Source: Agathobacter sp.
GTDB lineage: Bacteria > Bacillota > Clostridia > Lachnospirales > Lachnospiraceae
NCBI GenBank assembly: GCA_036309425.1
Contig: JAXJTU010000097.1
Location: 124 to 64,123 of the forward strand
DNA length: 64,000 nucleotides
Reading direction: 5' to 3'
Shown: in pieces, positions 20,174 to 29,030 of the stretch
Position numbering within the stretch: position 1 is the stretch's first letter
Layout of the letters: each line of letters starts with the position of its first letter
Position numbers and translations under genes: made by a program
Notes under the pieces: generated by a model
What the model saw: only the letters and a program-made list of their open reading frames with translations
Databases searched by the model: none
What the model was told of the DNA's origin: nothing

Positions 20174-20896
20174 ATGGGTGCGGTAGAGACATTTTTAGAA
20201 TGGGTAAAAGAATCAGATAACATAGTATTTTTCGGTGGAGCCGGCGTGTCGACTGAAAGTGGTATACCGGATTTTAGAAGCGTGGATGGATTGTATAATC
20301 AGAAATACGATTATCCTCCGGAGACAATATTAAGTCATAGCTTTTACCGGAGAAAACCGGAAGAGTTTTACCGTTTTTACAGGGATAAAATGCTTTGCTT
20401 AGACGCAGAGCCAAATATAACCCATATAAAGCTTGCTGAGTTAGAGGCAGCAGGAAAGTTAAAGGGTGTTGTAACACAAAATATCGACGGTCTTCACCAG
20501 AAGGCAGGAAGCAAAAATGTAATGGAATTACATGGAAGTGTGCTTAGAAATTATTGTGAGAGATGCCTTGGATTTATGAGTGCGGAAGATATTCTTCATA
20601 GCCAGGGCGTTCCAAAATGTCCTGATTGTGGAGGCCCTGTAAAGCCTGATGTGGTTTTGTATGAAGAGGGGCTTAATCAGCAGACCATAGAAGATGCGAT
20701 AAGATGTATAAGTAAGGCAGAAGTGCTTATTATTGGAGGAACTTCTCTTGCGGTATATCCGGCAGCAGGGCTTATCGATTATTATAGAGGTAATAAGCTT
20801 GTGCTGATAAATAAGTCGACTACGCCAATGGATTCGCGCGCTGATTTGTTAATCCAGGACGGCCTTGGCAATGTTTTTTCAAGAATTGAAATTTAA
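20174..20896 (+). CDS. cobB: NAD-dependent deacylase (sirtuin)
   Basis: GAGVSTESGIPDFRS, TQNIDGLH, LHGS, two CxxC, GTSLAVYPAA. Confidence 0.95.
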   Translation: MGAVETFLEWVKESDNIVFFGGAGVSTESGIPDFRSVDGLYNQKYDYPPETILSHSFYRRKPEEFYRFYRDKMLCLDAEPNITHIKLAELEAAGKLKGVVTQNIDGLHQKAGSKNVMELHGSVLRNYCERCLGFMSAEDILHSQGVPKCPDCGGPVKPDVVLYEEGLNQQTIEDAIRCISKAEVLIIGGTSLAVYPAAGLIDYYRGNKLVLINKSTTPMDSRADLLIQDGLGNVFSRIEI

Positions 20897-21053
20897 GGCT
20901 TATCTCTAGTTGGAGTAGATTCTCATTTCTATAAGTAATGAGTATAGATGAAATTTGTCTCAGTGAGGAGTTTCAATCTCAAACGGAGATAAAAGCCTTT
21001 GGCGGATTATAAAAAATAATATTAAAAGATATAAATTAAGGCAGAGGATAGAT

Positions 21054-21233
21054 ATGGACAAGTTTGAAGTTGGAGATGTAATTAAATTAAAAAAACCACA
21101 TCCATGTGGAAGCTACGAATGGGAAATTCTAAGGGTAGGCGCAGATTTTCGATTAAAATGCATGGGCTGTGGACACCTGATTATGGTACCACGAAAATTA
21201 GTTGAGAAAAATTGCAAAAGCACTTGCAAATAG
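21054..21233 (+). CDS. DUF951-family small protein (59 aa; not in ORF track)
   Basis: MDKFEVGDVIKLKKPHPCGSYEWEILRVGADFRLKCMGCGH...; usual position upstream of rpsF. Confidence 0.88.
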   Translation: MDKFEVGDVIKLKKPHPCGSYEWEILRVGADFRLKCMGCGHLIMVPRKLVEKNCKSTCK

Positions 21234-21252
21234 GCTAAAAACATGATAAAAT
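21224..21252 (+). promoter_or_regulatory. SigA promoter of rpsF-ssb-rpsR
   Basis: TTGCAA-17 bp-TAAAAT with an extended -10 TG. Confidence 0.7.
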
Positions 21253-21272
21253 TTACACTCGTGGTAAATAAA

Positions 21273-21318
21273 TTCCTTGTTCATGGCACAGTCCATGGAC
21301 CAGAGACCAAAAGGAGGT
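21273..21318 (+). ncRNA. S6:S18 ribosomal-protein leader (cis-regulatory RNA)
   Basis: TCCTT pairs with the SD AAGGA; inner stem GTTCATGG/CCATGGAC followed by the CCR motif; immediately upstream of rpsF. Confidence 0.7.
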
Positions 21319-21326
21319 AAATAAGC

Positions 21327-21617
21327 ATGAACAAATATGAATTAGCATTCGTTGTTAGTGCAAAGATCGAAGATGATGTTAGAACAGCTACTGTAGAGAA
21401 GGCAAAGGAGTACATCACACGTGCCGGCGGTACTGTAACAGAAGTTGAGGATCAGGGCAAGAAGAAGCTTGCATATGAGATTCAGCATATGACTGAAGGA
21501 TTCTACTACTTCATCCAGTTCGAAGCAGCTGCTAATGTTCCAGCATTAGTTGAGCAGGACGTTCGTATCATGGATAATGTTCTTCGTTTCTTATGCGTTA
21601 GAAAAGACGAGGCATAG
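21327..21617 (+). CDS. rpsF: 30S ribosomal protein S6
   Basis: MNKYEL, GKKKLAYEI; operon context. Confidence 0.97.
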   Translation: MNKYELAFVVSAKIEDDVRTATVEKAKEYITRAGGTVTEVEDQGKKKLAYEIQHMTEGFYYFIQFEAAANVPALVEQDVRIMDNVLRFLCVRKDEA

Positions 21618-21640
21618 TTAGATAACAGGAGATCGTATAT

Positions 21641-22087
21641 ATGAATAAGGTAATTTTAATGGGTAGATTGACTCGCGATGCAGAGGTTAGATATTCTCAG
21701 GGCGAGAATTCAATGCCAATCGCAAGATTTACACTTGCTGTAGATCGTAGAGCACGTAAGGACCAGGCTGATGGACAGCAGACAGCTGATTTCATCAATT
21801 GTGTAGCATTTAGAAATCAGGCAGACTTCCTTGAGCGTTTTGGACGCAAGGGAACAAAGTTCCTTATCGAAGGAAGAATTCAGACAGGAAGCTACGAGCG
21901 CGAGGGACAGAGAGTTTATACAACAGATGTTGTAGTTGAGAATATTGAGTTTGCTGAGAGCAAGAATGCAAGCGCAGGCAATGTAGGTGGATTCGTTCCA
22001 TCTGACAGACCATCACCTAGCCAGGCTGCTGGAGATGGTTTCATGAATATTCCAGACGGAATCGACGAAGAATTACCATTTAACTAA
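21641..22087 (+). CDS. ssb: Single-stranded DNA-binding protein
   Basis: MNKVILMGRLTRD, ADFINCVAF, C-terminal DEELPF. Confidence 0.97.
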   Translation: MNKVILMGRLTRDAEVRYSQGENSMPIARFTLAVDRRARKDQADGQQTADFINCVAFRNQADFLERFGRKGTKFLIEGRIQTGSYEREGQRVYTTDVVVENIEFAESKNASAGNVGGFVPSDRPSPSQAAGDGFMNIPDGIDEELPFN

Positions 22088-22125
22088 AGTGCCAGATAGT
22101 GGCAAATTCTTAAGGAGGTAACAAC

Positions 22126-22383
22126 ATGGCTTTCAATAAATCAGCTGAAGGTTCTTCAATGAAGAGAAGACCAATGCGTAGAAGAAAAAAGGTTTGTGTA
22201 TTCTGCGGTAAGGACAATGTTATCGATTACAAGGATACAAACAAGTTAAAGAGATATATCTCTGAGAGAGGAAAGATTCTTCCTCGTCGTATCACAGGAA
22301 ACTGTGCAAAGCACCAGAGAGCTCTTACTGTAGCAATCAAGAGAGCACGTCACGTAGCTCTTATGCCATACGTACAGGATTAA
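22126..22383 (+). CDS. rpsR: 30S ribosomal protein S18
   Basis: [24 protein letters not shown]. Confidence 0.98.
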   Translation: MAFNKSAEGSSMKRRPMRRRKKVCVFCGKDNVIDYKDTNKLKRYISERGKILPRRITGNCAKHQRALTVAIKRARHVALMPYVQD

Positions 22384-22397
22384 TATCCGGTATAATC

Positions 22398-22434
22398 AAG
22401 GCACTTTCTAGAAAATCTAGAGAGTGTCTTTTTT
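22398..22434 (+). terminator. Intrinsic terminator after rpsR
   Basis: AAGGCACTTTCTAG-AAAAT-CTAGAGAGTGTCTT plus T-run. Confidence 0.75.
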
Positions 22435-22518
22435 ATTGAGACAATTATGATGGTTGCATATTGATGTGAAAATGTGATAGACTCATTTTGAGAAGATTTG
22501 TAAATACAGGGGTTAATC

Positions 22519-22899
22519 ATGGAAGAATTTGAACAGTTAAAGAGAGTATATTACGACTATACAACAGAGCTTGAAGTTTGCCAGAATATAACCAATAATA
22601 TACGCAATGAAGTTATTGACCGACATGAACTTACCGTGAAGCTAGCTCTTAGTTGTATGATTGAGTATTTTAATAAAAATAAAATCGAGTGCCGATATAC
22701 GAATTCTTTTCGCTATGTAATCAGAAAAGCAATTAAGCATGAGTTAATCACAAATAAGTCTGCATGGAAACAAATAGGTTTAGATTATGAGGCTGATTAC
22801 ACAGACGAATTTGACCGATTGTGCTATTACAAAAAAGTGCGTGAACAGTACATTCCAATCATAGGCGAATTTATCGAAAAAATGTCGGAGTTAAATTAG
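22519..22899 (+). CDS. HI0074-like (HEPN-fold) nucleotidyltransferase substrate-binding protein, divergent
   Basis: RNEVIDRHELTVKLA...SFRYVIRKAIKHELI...W resembles the family pattern RDxxIQRFExTxELAW...SPRxVxRxAxxxGLI. Confidence 0.55.
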   Translation: MEEFEQLKRVYYDYTTELEVCQNITNNIRNEVIDRHELTVKLALSCMIEYFNKNKIECRYTNSFRYVIRKAIKHELITNKSAWKQIGLDYEADYTDEFDRLCYYKKVREQYIPIIGEFIEKMSELN

Positions 22900-22917
22900 C
22901 ACTTCCCAGAAGTATTT

Positions 22918-23769
22918 CTAGGAAGTGTTTTTTTGTTGGTTTCTCCATTCTCTGGGAGATACTCCATATATAGTTTTGAAAGCGCGGGAAAAATGAAGCT
23001 GATTTTCATATCCTACAGCACATCCTATTTCACCAATGGATAAGGAAGTCAGCTTCAATAATTCGGTAGCTTTTATCATGCGGTAATTCATCAGAAATTC
23101 CTGAGGGGATTTGCCGATGGAATTACGAAAAATTTTTCCTAAGTAGCTGCGGTTAATTCCACATACAGCTGCGATTTCTTCAATGGAAATATTGTTCTGA
23201 AAATTCTGTTCTATATAGTTTAAGGCTTCTTTTATATAGTAATCACTCATCTTACTGCTTTTAACCAGCTTTGTTGACTGTGTCGACTGTGTAAGGTAAT
23301 CAAAAAATAGATAAAGATGACCTATAAGATGGAATGATGATTCTGATGAATGATGTGCTATATAAAGCATTTCATCCTGTAATTTTTCTCTTAAATCCTT
23401 AGAGTGTGGGTGATAAACAGGTGAATCGACGGAAAGCTCAGTAAAATCAAGTGCCTGCTTAACACGAAGACCATCAAATTCAATCCACACATATTCCCAA
23501 GGCAGCTGTGAATCAGAGTAATATGTCGTTATCTGTCCCGGGAAAATTAAAAAGCCCTGACCACTTTTGATAGAATAATTGACAGCCTCGCCTTTAGCGT
23601 TATCTGCAATCAAGGTGCCTGTTCCCGAAATTATGTAGTGAAAGAGGTAATGGTTTCTGGCAAGCGGACCAAAAGAATGGCCTGGTTCACATTTCTCATA
23701 CCCATACTGATACATTCCTAAATCGATAAAATTTTCATTTGGAAATATGTTAAACAAGTGGTTGTACAT
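22918..23769 (-). CDS. AraC-family regulator (MsmR-like)
   Basis: Cupin domain HYLFHYIISGTG; HTH VGYENQLHFSRAFK; divergent from an alpha-galactosidase. Confidence 0.92.
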   Translation of the reverse strand: MYNHLFNIFPNENFIDLGMYQYGYEKCEPGHSFGPLARNHYLFHYIISGTGTLIADNAKGEAVNYSIKSGQGFLIFPGQITTYYSDSQLPWEYVWIEFDGLRVKQALDFTELSVDSPVYHPHSKDLREKLQDEMLYIAHHSSESSFHLIGHLYLFFDYLTQSTQSTKLVKSSKMSDYYIKEALNYIEQNFQNNISIEEIAAVCGINRSYLGKIFRNSIGKSPQEFLMNYRMIKATELLKLTSLSIGEIGCAVGYENQLHFSRAFKTIYGVSPREWRNQQKNTS

Positions 23770-23999
23770 ATGAAACTCCTTTTAATTCAAGAACGCTCTG
23801 GCATTTTTGACATGGTCAAATATACCTTAATGCGACATTATAATATAGTATATCATAAAAAATAGCATTTGGGTATAAATGAGGAAAAAAGCGGCTATTT
23901 TTGTAGACATATTGGTATGTTATAATCAAATTATCAAAATGAAATTTGGAATAGGAAGATTACAAAAAACGGGGTCAATACAAGAAAAGGAGAAGAAAC

Positions 24000-26162
24000 A
24001 TGCCAATAATTTATAATGAAGACAAAAAGATATTTAGTTTGCATGCAAAGAACACTACATATCAGATGATGGTAGACAAATATGGATATTTGTTGCATTT
24101 ATATTATGGTTCGCTCAATAAGGGTGATATGGATTATTCTTTAATTGGGGCAGACAGAGGATTTTCTGGAAATCCTTATGTGGCTGGAAAAGAAAGAACA
24201 TATTCATTAGATACATTGCCACAGGAATATCCAACACTTGGAACTGGTGATTACAGAAATTATGCACTTGATATCAAGAACAGTGATGGAACACACTGTG
24301 TTAATTTGAAGTTTGTAAGCTATGAAATTGAAAAAGGAAAATATAGCTTAAAGGGGCTTCCAGCAGTATGGGCAGCGGAGAATGAGGCTGATACATTAAA
24401 GATTGTTATGGAAGACAGTATCAGCAATATTGAAGTTTGCTTATTATATGGTGTTCTTGCGGATGAAGATATTGTCACAAGAAGTGTAATTATTAAGAAT
24501 AAAGGCGAGAATACAGTTCATATTGAGAAGGCTGCAGCTGCATGTCTTGATTTTGTAGCAGGCGATTTTGATTATATTAAATTCTACGGAAAGCATGCTA
24601 TGGAGAGAAATGTTGAGCGTGCAAAGGTAAGCCATGGAACTGCATGTTTTGGAAGTAGAAGAGGAACATCAAGCCATCATTATAATCCGGCACTTGTTTT
24701 GGCAGATAAGAATACAACAGAGGATGCCGGAAGATGCTATGGAATGCTTTTTGCATATAGCGGTAACTTCCTTTGCGAGGTGGAAAAAGACCAGATAAAT
24801 CAGACAAGAGCTCTTATGGGATTGGGTACAGACTGGTTTTCATATCCACTTGACGCAGGAGAAGAGTTTACAGTACCGGAAGTAATTATGACTTATTCTG
24901 CAAAAGGACTTGCAGAGCTTTCGCACAATTATCATTCATGTATCAGAAATCATGTATGCAAAGGAAAATATGTAAATGCGACAAGACCGGTTCTCATTAA
25001 TAGCTGGGAGGCTGCATATTTTGATTTTAACGGAGATACAATTGTAAATCTTGCTAAGGAAGCGGCTGATCTTGGAATTGATATGGTTGTTATGGATGAT
25101 GGCTGGTTTGGAAAGAGAAATGACGATTATTCATCACTTGGAGACTGGTATGTAAATGAAGAGAAGCTTGGATGTACATTATCAGAGTTAATTGAAAAAA
25201 TAAACGCCTTAGGCGTTAAGTTTGGTATCTGGATTGAGCCTGAGATGGTAAATGAGGATAGTGATTTGTACAGAGCACATCCGGATTGGGCAATCAAAAT
25301 TGAGAATAGAGATCCAATCAGATCTCGTTATCAGTTACTTCTCGATTTTTCAAGAAAAGAAGTAAGAGATCATATTTTTGACCAGATTTGCGCAATGCTA
25401 GACCAGGGAAATATTGAGTATGTTAAGTGGGATATGAACCGTAGCATGGCAGATGTATCGGCTGGAAACATTACTTATGATTATGTTATTGGAGTATATG
25501 ATTTCCTTGAGAGACTTACATCAAAATATCCGGATATCTTAATTGAGGGATGCAGCGGCGGCGGCGGAAGATTTGACGCTGGAATGATGTATTACACACC
25601 ACAGATTTGGTGCAGTGATAATACAGATGCTATAAACAGAACAAGAATTCAGTATGGTACTTCGTTCTTCTATCCTATTTCTGTGGTAGGTTCACATGTT
25701 TCGGCTGTTCCAAATCATCAGACTGGAAGAATTACAAGTCTTAACACAAGAGGTGTAACTGCTATGGCAGGGACATTTGGATATGAGATGAATCCGGCTC
25801 TTTTGGATGAGGAAGAGAGAGCAATTATTAGAGAGCAGATTAAGACATACAAGAAGTATGAGATGCTGATTTGCCAGGGGGATTATTACAGACTTTCAGA
25901 CCCATTTAGTGACGACTGCTCAGCATGGTTGTTTGTATCTAAGGATAAAAAGCAGGCGCTTTTCAATGCTGTAAGACTTGAGATTGAGGGTAATATTGCG
26001 GTTACTTATGTAAGACTTAAGGGACTTAAGAGTGACGCGGTTTATGTTGATGAGGCGACTGGAAATAAGTATTCGGGTGCTGGTTTGATGGAAGTTGGAT
26101 TGCCACTTCCTACACCTAAGATTGAATATGAGGCATACCAGATTGCTCTCAGAGAGGTGTAA
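24000..26162 (+). CDS. GH36 alpha-galactosidase
   Basis: NSWEAAYFDF, MDDGWFGKR, FGIWIEPEMV, YVKWDMNR, CSGGGGRFD, WCSDNTD. Confidence 0.95.
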   Translation: MPIIYNEDKKIFSLHAKNTTYQMMVDKYGYLLHLYYGSLNKGDMDYSLIGADRGFSGNPYVAGKERTYSLDTLPQEYPTLGTGDYRNYALDIKNSDGTHCVNLKFVSYEIEKGKYSLKGLPAVWAAENEADTLKIVMEDSISNIEVCLLYGVLADEDIVTRSVIIKNKGENTVHIEKAAAACLDFVAGDFDYIKFYGKHAMERNVERAKVSHGTACFGSRRGTSSHHYNPALVLADKNTTEDAGRCYGMLFAYSGNFLCEVEKDQINQTRALMGLGTDWFSYPLDAGEEFTVPEVIMTYSAKGLAELSHNYHSCIRNHVCKGKYVNATRPVLINSWEAAYFDFNGDTIVNLAKEAADLGIDMVVMDDGWFGKRNDDYSSLGDWYVNEEKLGCTLSELIEKINALGVKFGIWIEPEMVNEDSDLYRAHPDWAIKIENRDPIRSRYQLLLDFSRKEVRDHIFDQICAMLDQGNIEYVKWDMNRSMADVSAGNITYDYVIGVYDFLERLTSKYPDILIEGCSGGGGRFDAGMMYYTPQIWCSDNTDAINRTRIQYGTSFFYPISVVGSHVSAVPNHQTGRITSLNTRGVTAMAGTFGYEMNPALLDEEERAIIREQIKTYKKYEMLICQGDYYRLSDPFSDDCSAWLFVSKDKKQALFNAVRLEIEGNIAVTYVRLKGLKSDAVYVDEATGNKYSGAGLMEVGLPLPTPKIEYEAYQIALREV

Positions 26163-26171
26163 ACTTTATTA

Positions 26172-26218
26172 AAAAAGTTCCCGAGAGTGGATTGATAGTC
26201 CGTTCTCGGGAACTTTTT
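26172..26218. terminator. Bidirectional terminator
   Basis: AAAAAGTTCCCGAGA...TCTCGGGAACTTTTT between convergent genes. Confidence 0.8.
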
Positions 26219-26228
26219 GAAAATGCTA

Positions 26229-26885
26229 TTAGTCCTTTAATAGTCCTTTAAATGCAAACTGTGATAAAGGTTTATTGTAGAGCTTTGCTCCGATAATATA
26301 TTCAAGTACAGCACCGATAAAAATTACCAAATAGCCTGTAACAGCAAATACTCCAAAGGGAATACTTAAGACTGTTGATGCAAAAGGTGTATTAAATAAA
26401 AACGAAGAAATAATTATTACGGCAAAATCTAAAACAATGAATAATAAAAATCCCAAAAGAAAATATTTATAGCAGATACTAGAGAATGCAAAAACTATAA
26501 GCATAAATAGCTCAAGCTGAACAAGTGACATAATAAGCATTTTCTGATTTTCCGGATACATATTTATCAAAATACATTTCTCAATTATGATGAAAGTAAA
26601 AATAAACAGGTACAAAGCGGTACTGGTAATAACCGGAATAGTAAGCTGGAGTTTTCTTTTCATAGCAGAGGTCTGAATGTATTCAGAGACATCAACGGAC
26701 ATAATCAGCTGATAAGCAAACATACCGACAAGCATGAAATAGAGCCCGCCAATGATGCTTGTTCCTTTTGATTGAATTTCAACAAAAAGCCCGATTGCAG
26801 TAAAAATCACAAGCATAAAAATATTTTCTTTAAGTTTATATCCATATTTTACAAGTTTAAATCCCAGGATAATATCTTTTAACAT
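26229..26885 (-). CDS. ABC-2-type membrane protein
   Basis: About 6 hydrophobic helices; in the GntR-ABC operon. Confidence 0.6.
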   Translation of the reverse strand: MLKDIILGFKLVKYGYKLKENIFMLVIFTAIGLFVEIQSKGTSIIGGLYFMLVGMFAYQLIMSVDVSEYIQTSAMKRKLQLTIPVITSTALYLFIFTFIIIEKCILINMYPENQKMLIMSLVQLELFMLIVFAFSSICYKYFLLGFLLFIVLDFAVIIISSFLFNTPFASTVLSIPFGVFAVTGYLVIFIGAVLEYIIGAKLYNKPLSQFAFKGLLKD

Positions 26886-26895
26886 AATAATCCTC

Positions 26896-27519
26896 CTAAT
26901 TGTCTTTATAAGAAGCTTTGAGCTTTAAAATCATATGAAAATAAGTTACCATAAATGAAGCAAGTAGCAGTCCGCATAACAAGCCTAATGTTCTCCATTT
27001 TCCCAAATTCAAAATATATAGAACAAGTGCGCTTGCAATAAATAGTGCTTCAAAAATCATTGCAATAAACTGTATTAGTATAAATGAATCAAAATATCTT
27101 GTTATATTTAATGACAGAATATAGATAATATTTATGAGTAAAAAACTTATTACAATAATTGATATATTGCTGTATCTATCAATCATATAAATCAGGCTTG
27201 CTAAAAAGAATAATAGATTTCTTACTATTCCAAAGCACATATCAAGTAAAAAGGTATGTTTTATAACATTTTTTCCCCTGAATGAAGTCTTGACATATTC
27301 CATGCCGAATGAGTCCTTTTTGCAAATGCATCCGATTCCAAAATAATCAGCGTCTACAGTTAAAATTAACATCAAAAAGAAAAATAAGTAAAACATTTCT
27401 GATTGCGTAATGAAAGTAATCACTGATGAAATAATACCGAGTGCAATTGGAATAATCAGGTTAAAAATTATTCGGTAAGTTTTATTTACCATGCAGTTGT
27501 AATCTTTATAAATTGTCAT
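26896..27519 (-). CDS. ABC-2-type membrane protein
   Basis: About 6 hydrophobic helices; in the GntR-ABC operon. Confidence 0.6.
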   Translation of the reverse strand: MTIYKDYNCMVNKTYRIIFNLIIPIALGIISSVITFITQSEMFYLFFFLMLILTVDADYFGIGCICKKDSFGMEYVKTSFRGKNVIKHTFLLDMCFGIVRNLLFFLASLIYMIDRYSNISIIVISFLLINIIYILSLNITRYFDSFILIQFIAMIFEALFIASALVLYILNLGKWRTLGLLCGLLLASFMVTYFHMILKLKASYKDN

Positions 27520-27530
27520 GTGACACCTCG

Positions 27531-28454
27531 CTATCTCATCTTAATTAATGTGTTGTTTCTCATAACGGCAACACTAATCTGGTATAATGATGGAATTTCC
27601 TTTGAAACATTCATTCCTGCAAGTTTATCAAGATCTTCGGCAAGGCAGATTCCTTCGAATCCATATGGATTTTTTGTCATGGAATAAAGAACTTTTCCTG
27701 CAGCTTCTGCATCATTTGCGTCACCTTTTATGAGGATATATTTTTCTTTCAGGTCTTCGACAAAGCCTTCCTCTACGATAGTTCCATGCTCCATGATGAT
27801 AGCGTAATCTGTGATACTTTCCATATCAGAGATGTTGTGGGTAGAGAAGAAAACGCTCTTTTCTCCTGCTCCTTCGTGGATGTACTCGCCAATCATCTGA
27901 TTGAGTTTGTCGCGCATAAGTGGGTCGAGTGGTGATGCTGGCTCATCAAGGATGAGGACATCAGTTTCTCTGGCGAAAACACCGGCGAGCATTAGTTTCA
28001 TTTTCATACCATCAGATAAAGAGCTTACCTTTTTCTTTTTATCTGTAATGCCGCCTGAGAAAATAGCAAGGTCTTCACAGAGTTGGTCGAATTTATTTCT
28101 GTCGAAGGTGTCAAAAAGTAATTGGCTGACTTCCTCTACTTCCTTGATTGACCACTGTGGAAGATAGTATTTTCCAGGACCTGTGTAGCCGATTCGATTT
28201 TTTACTTCTGATTTCTTCTCTCTGTCGTTCTGGTCAAATTCGTTGAAGAATAAGAGGTCTCCTTTGGCGTCAAGTCTTATGCCGGAGAGGATGTTTAAAA
28301 GTGTTGTTTTTCCTGCACCGTTTTCACCAATTAGGGCAGTAGCGAAGCCCTTTGGGATATTTAATTGTGGGATGTTTAATTCGAAATTTCTGAGTCGTTT
28401 CTGGATATTTCTTCCTTCAATTATATTTTCTGTTTTCATAAATTCATTCTCCAT
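27531..28454 (-). CDS. ABC transporter ATP-binding protein
   Basis: GENGAGKTT, LSDGM, LILDEP, STH. Confidence 0.92.
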   Translation of the reverse strand: MENEFMKTENIIEGRNIQKRLRNFELNIPQLNIPKGFATALIGENGAGKTTLLNILSGIRLDAKGDLLFFNEFDQNDREKKSEVKNRIGYTGPGKYYLPQWSIKEVEEVSQLLFDTFDRNKFDQLCEDLAIFSGGITDKKKKVSSLSDGMKMKLMLAGVFARETDVLILDEPASPLDPLMRDKLNQMIGEYIHEGAGEKSVFFSTHNISDMESITDYAIIMEHGTIVEEGFVEDLKEKYILIKGDANDAEAAGKVLYSMTKNPYGFEGICLAEDLDKLAGMNVSKEIPSLYQISVAVMRNNTLIKMR

Positions 28455-28475
28455 TTTTATTGCTTTATTTTATTG

Positions 28476-28853
28476 CTATAAGTTTTCATTCATTTCTAGC
28501 AGGGTATTAAATATGTTTTTTAATTCGTTGGCGCTAAGTCCTGCAATTTTGGAAAACTCAATTGCATCGTTTAGTGCATCTTCAACTTTTCTAAGATGCT
28601 GTTCTTTAATCATCTCGCTGTCCTGGGCATTTACATAGTAGCCTTTGCCCTGTGCAGCAGTTACAAGACCTTCTGATGCAAGTAGTTCATATGCTTTCAT
28701 TGTTGTTATAACACTTATTTTTAAATCCTTTGCCAGACCGCGGATAGATGGAAGATATTCGCCCTGTTGGTATTTTCCAGACAGAATATCTGTCTTGAAG
28801 TTATCTGCGATTTGCTGATAAATTGGTATACCAGAATTTTGCGTTAACTGCAT
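28476..28853 (-). CDS. GntR (YtrA-subfamily) regulator
   Basis: PIYQQI, LPSIRGLAKDLKISVITTMKAY, GKGYYV; short C-terminal domain. Confidence 0.92.
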   Translation of the reverse strand: MQLTQNSGIPIYQQIADNFKTDILSGKYQQGEYLPSIRGLAKDLKISVITTMKAYELLASEGLVTAAQGKGYYVNAQDSEMIKEQHLRKVEDALNDAIEFSKIAGLSANELKNIFNTLLEMNENL

Positions 28854-28878
28854 TTGTGCTCCTCCTGTTAAACTGTTT

Positions 28879-28915
28879 ATGTGTTATATATACACCTATA
28901 ACACATGGATGTCAA
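28879..28915 (-). promoter_or_regulatory. YtrA-type operator overlapping its own promoter
   Basis: Perfect dyad ATGTGTTATA-N8-TATAACACAT; minus-strand TTGACA at 28910-28915. Confidence 0.7.
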
Positions 28916-29030
28916 TACCTTTTTTTAATGGCTTAAATGGGCTATTACAACATTTATATTGGGAAATGTTATAAACTATATGAAAAAAGCCTATCTGTCT
29001 TTTGCTGGCAGATAGGCTCTTTTAATTCAT

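Noticed and set aside
20174..20896. Sirtuin as an anti-phage SIR2 effector
   Set aside because: Canonical short CobB-type deacylase with a Zn ribbon, in a housekeeping context.
16495..20915. Exact 16-bp direct repeat TTATCTCTAGTTGGAG at 16495 and 20900 as possible att sites
   Set aside because: About 0.5 such matches are expected by chance in 64 kb (n^2/2 divided by 4^16), and the enclosed genes are metabolic or housekeeping with no recombinase.
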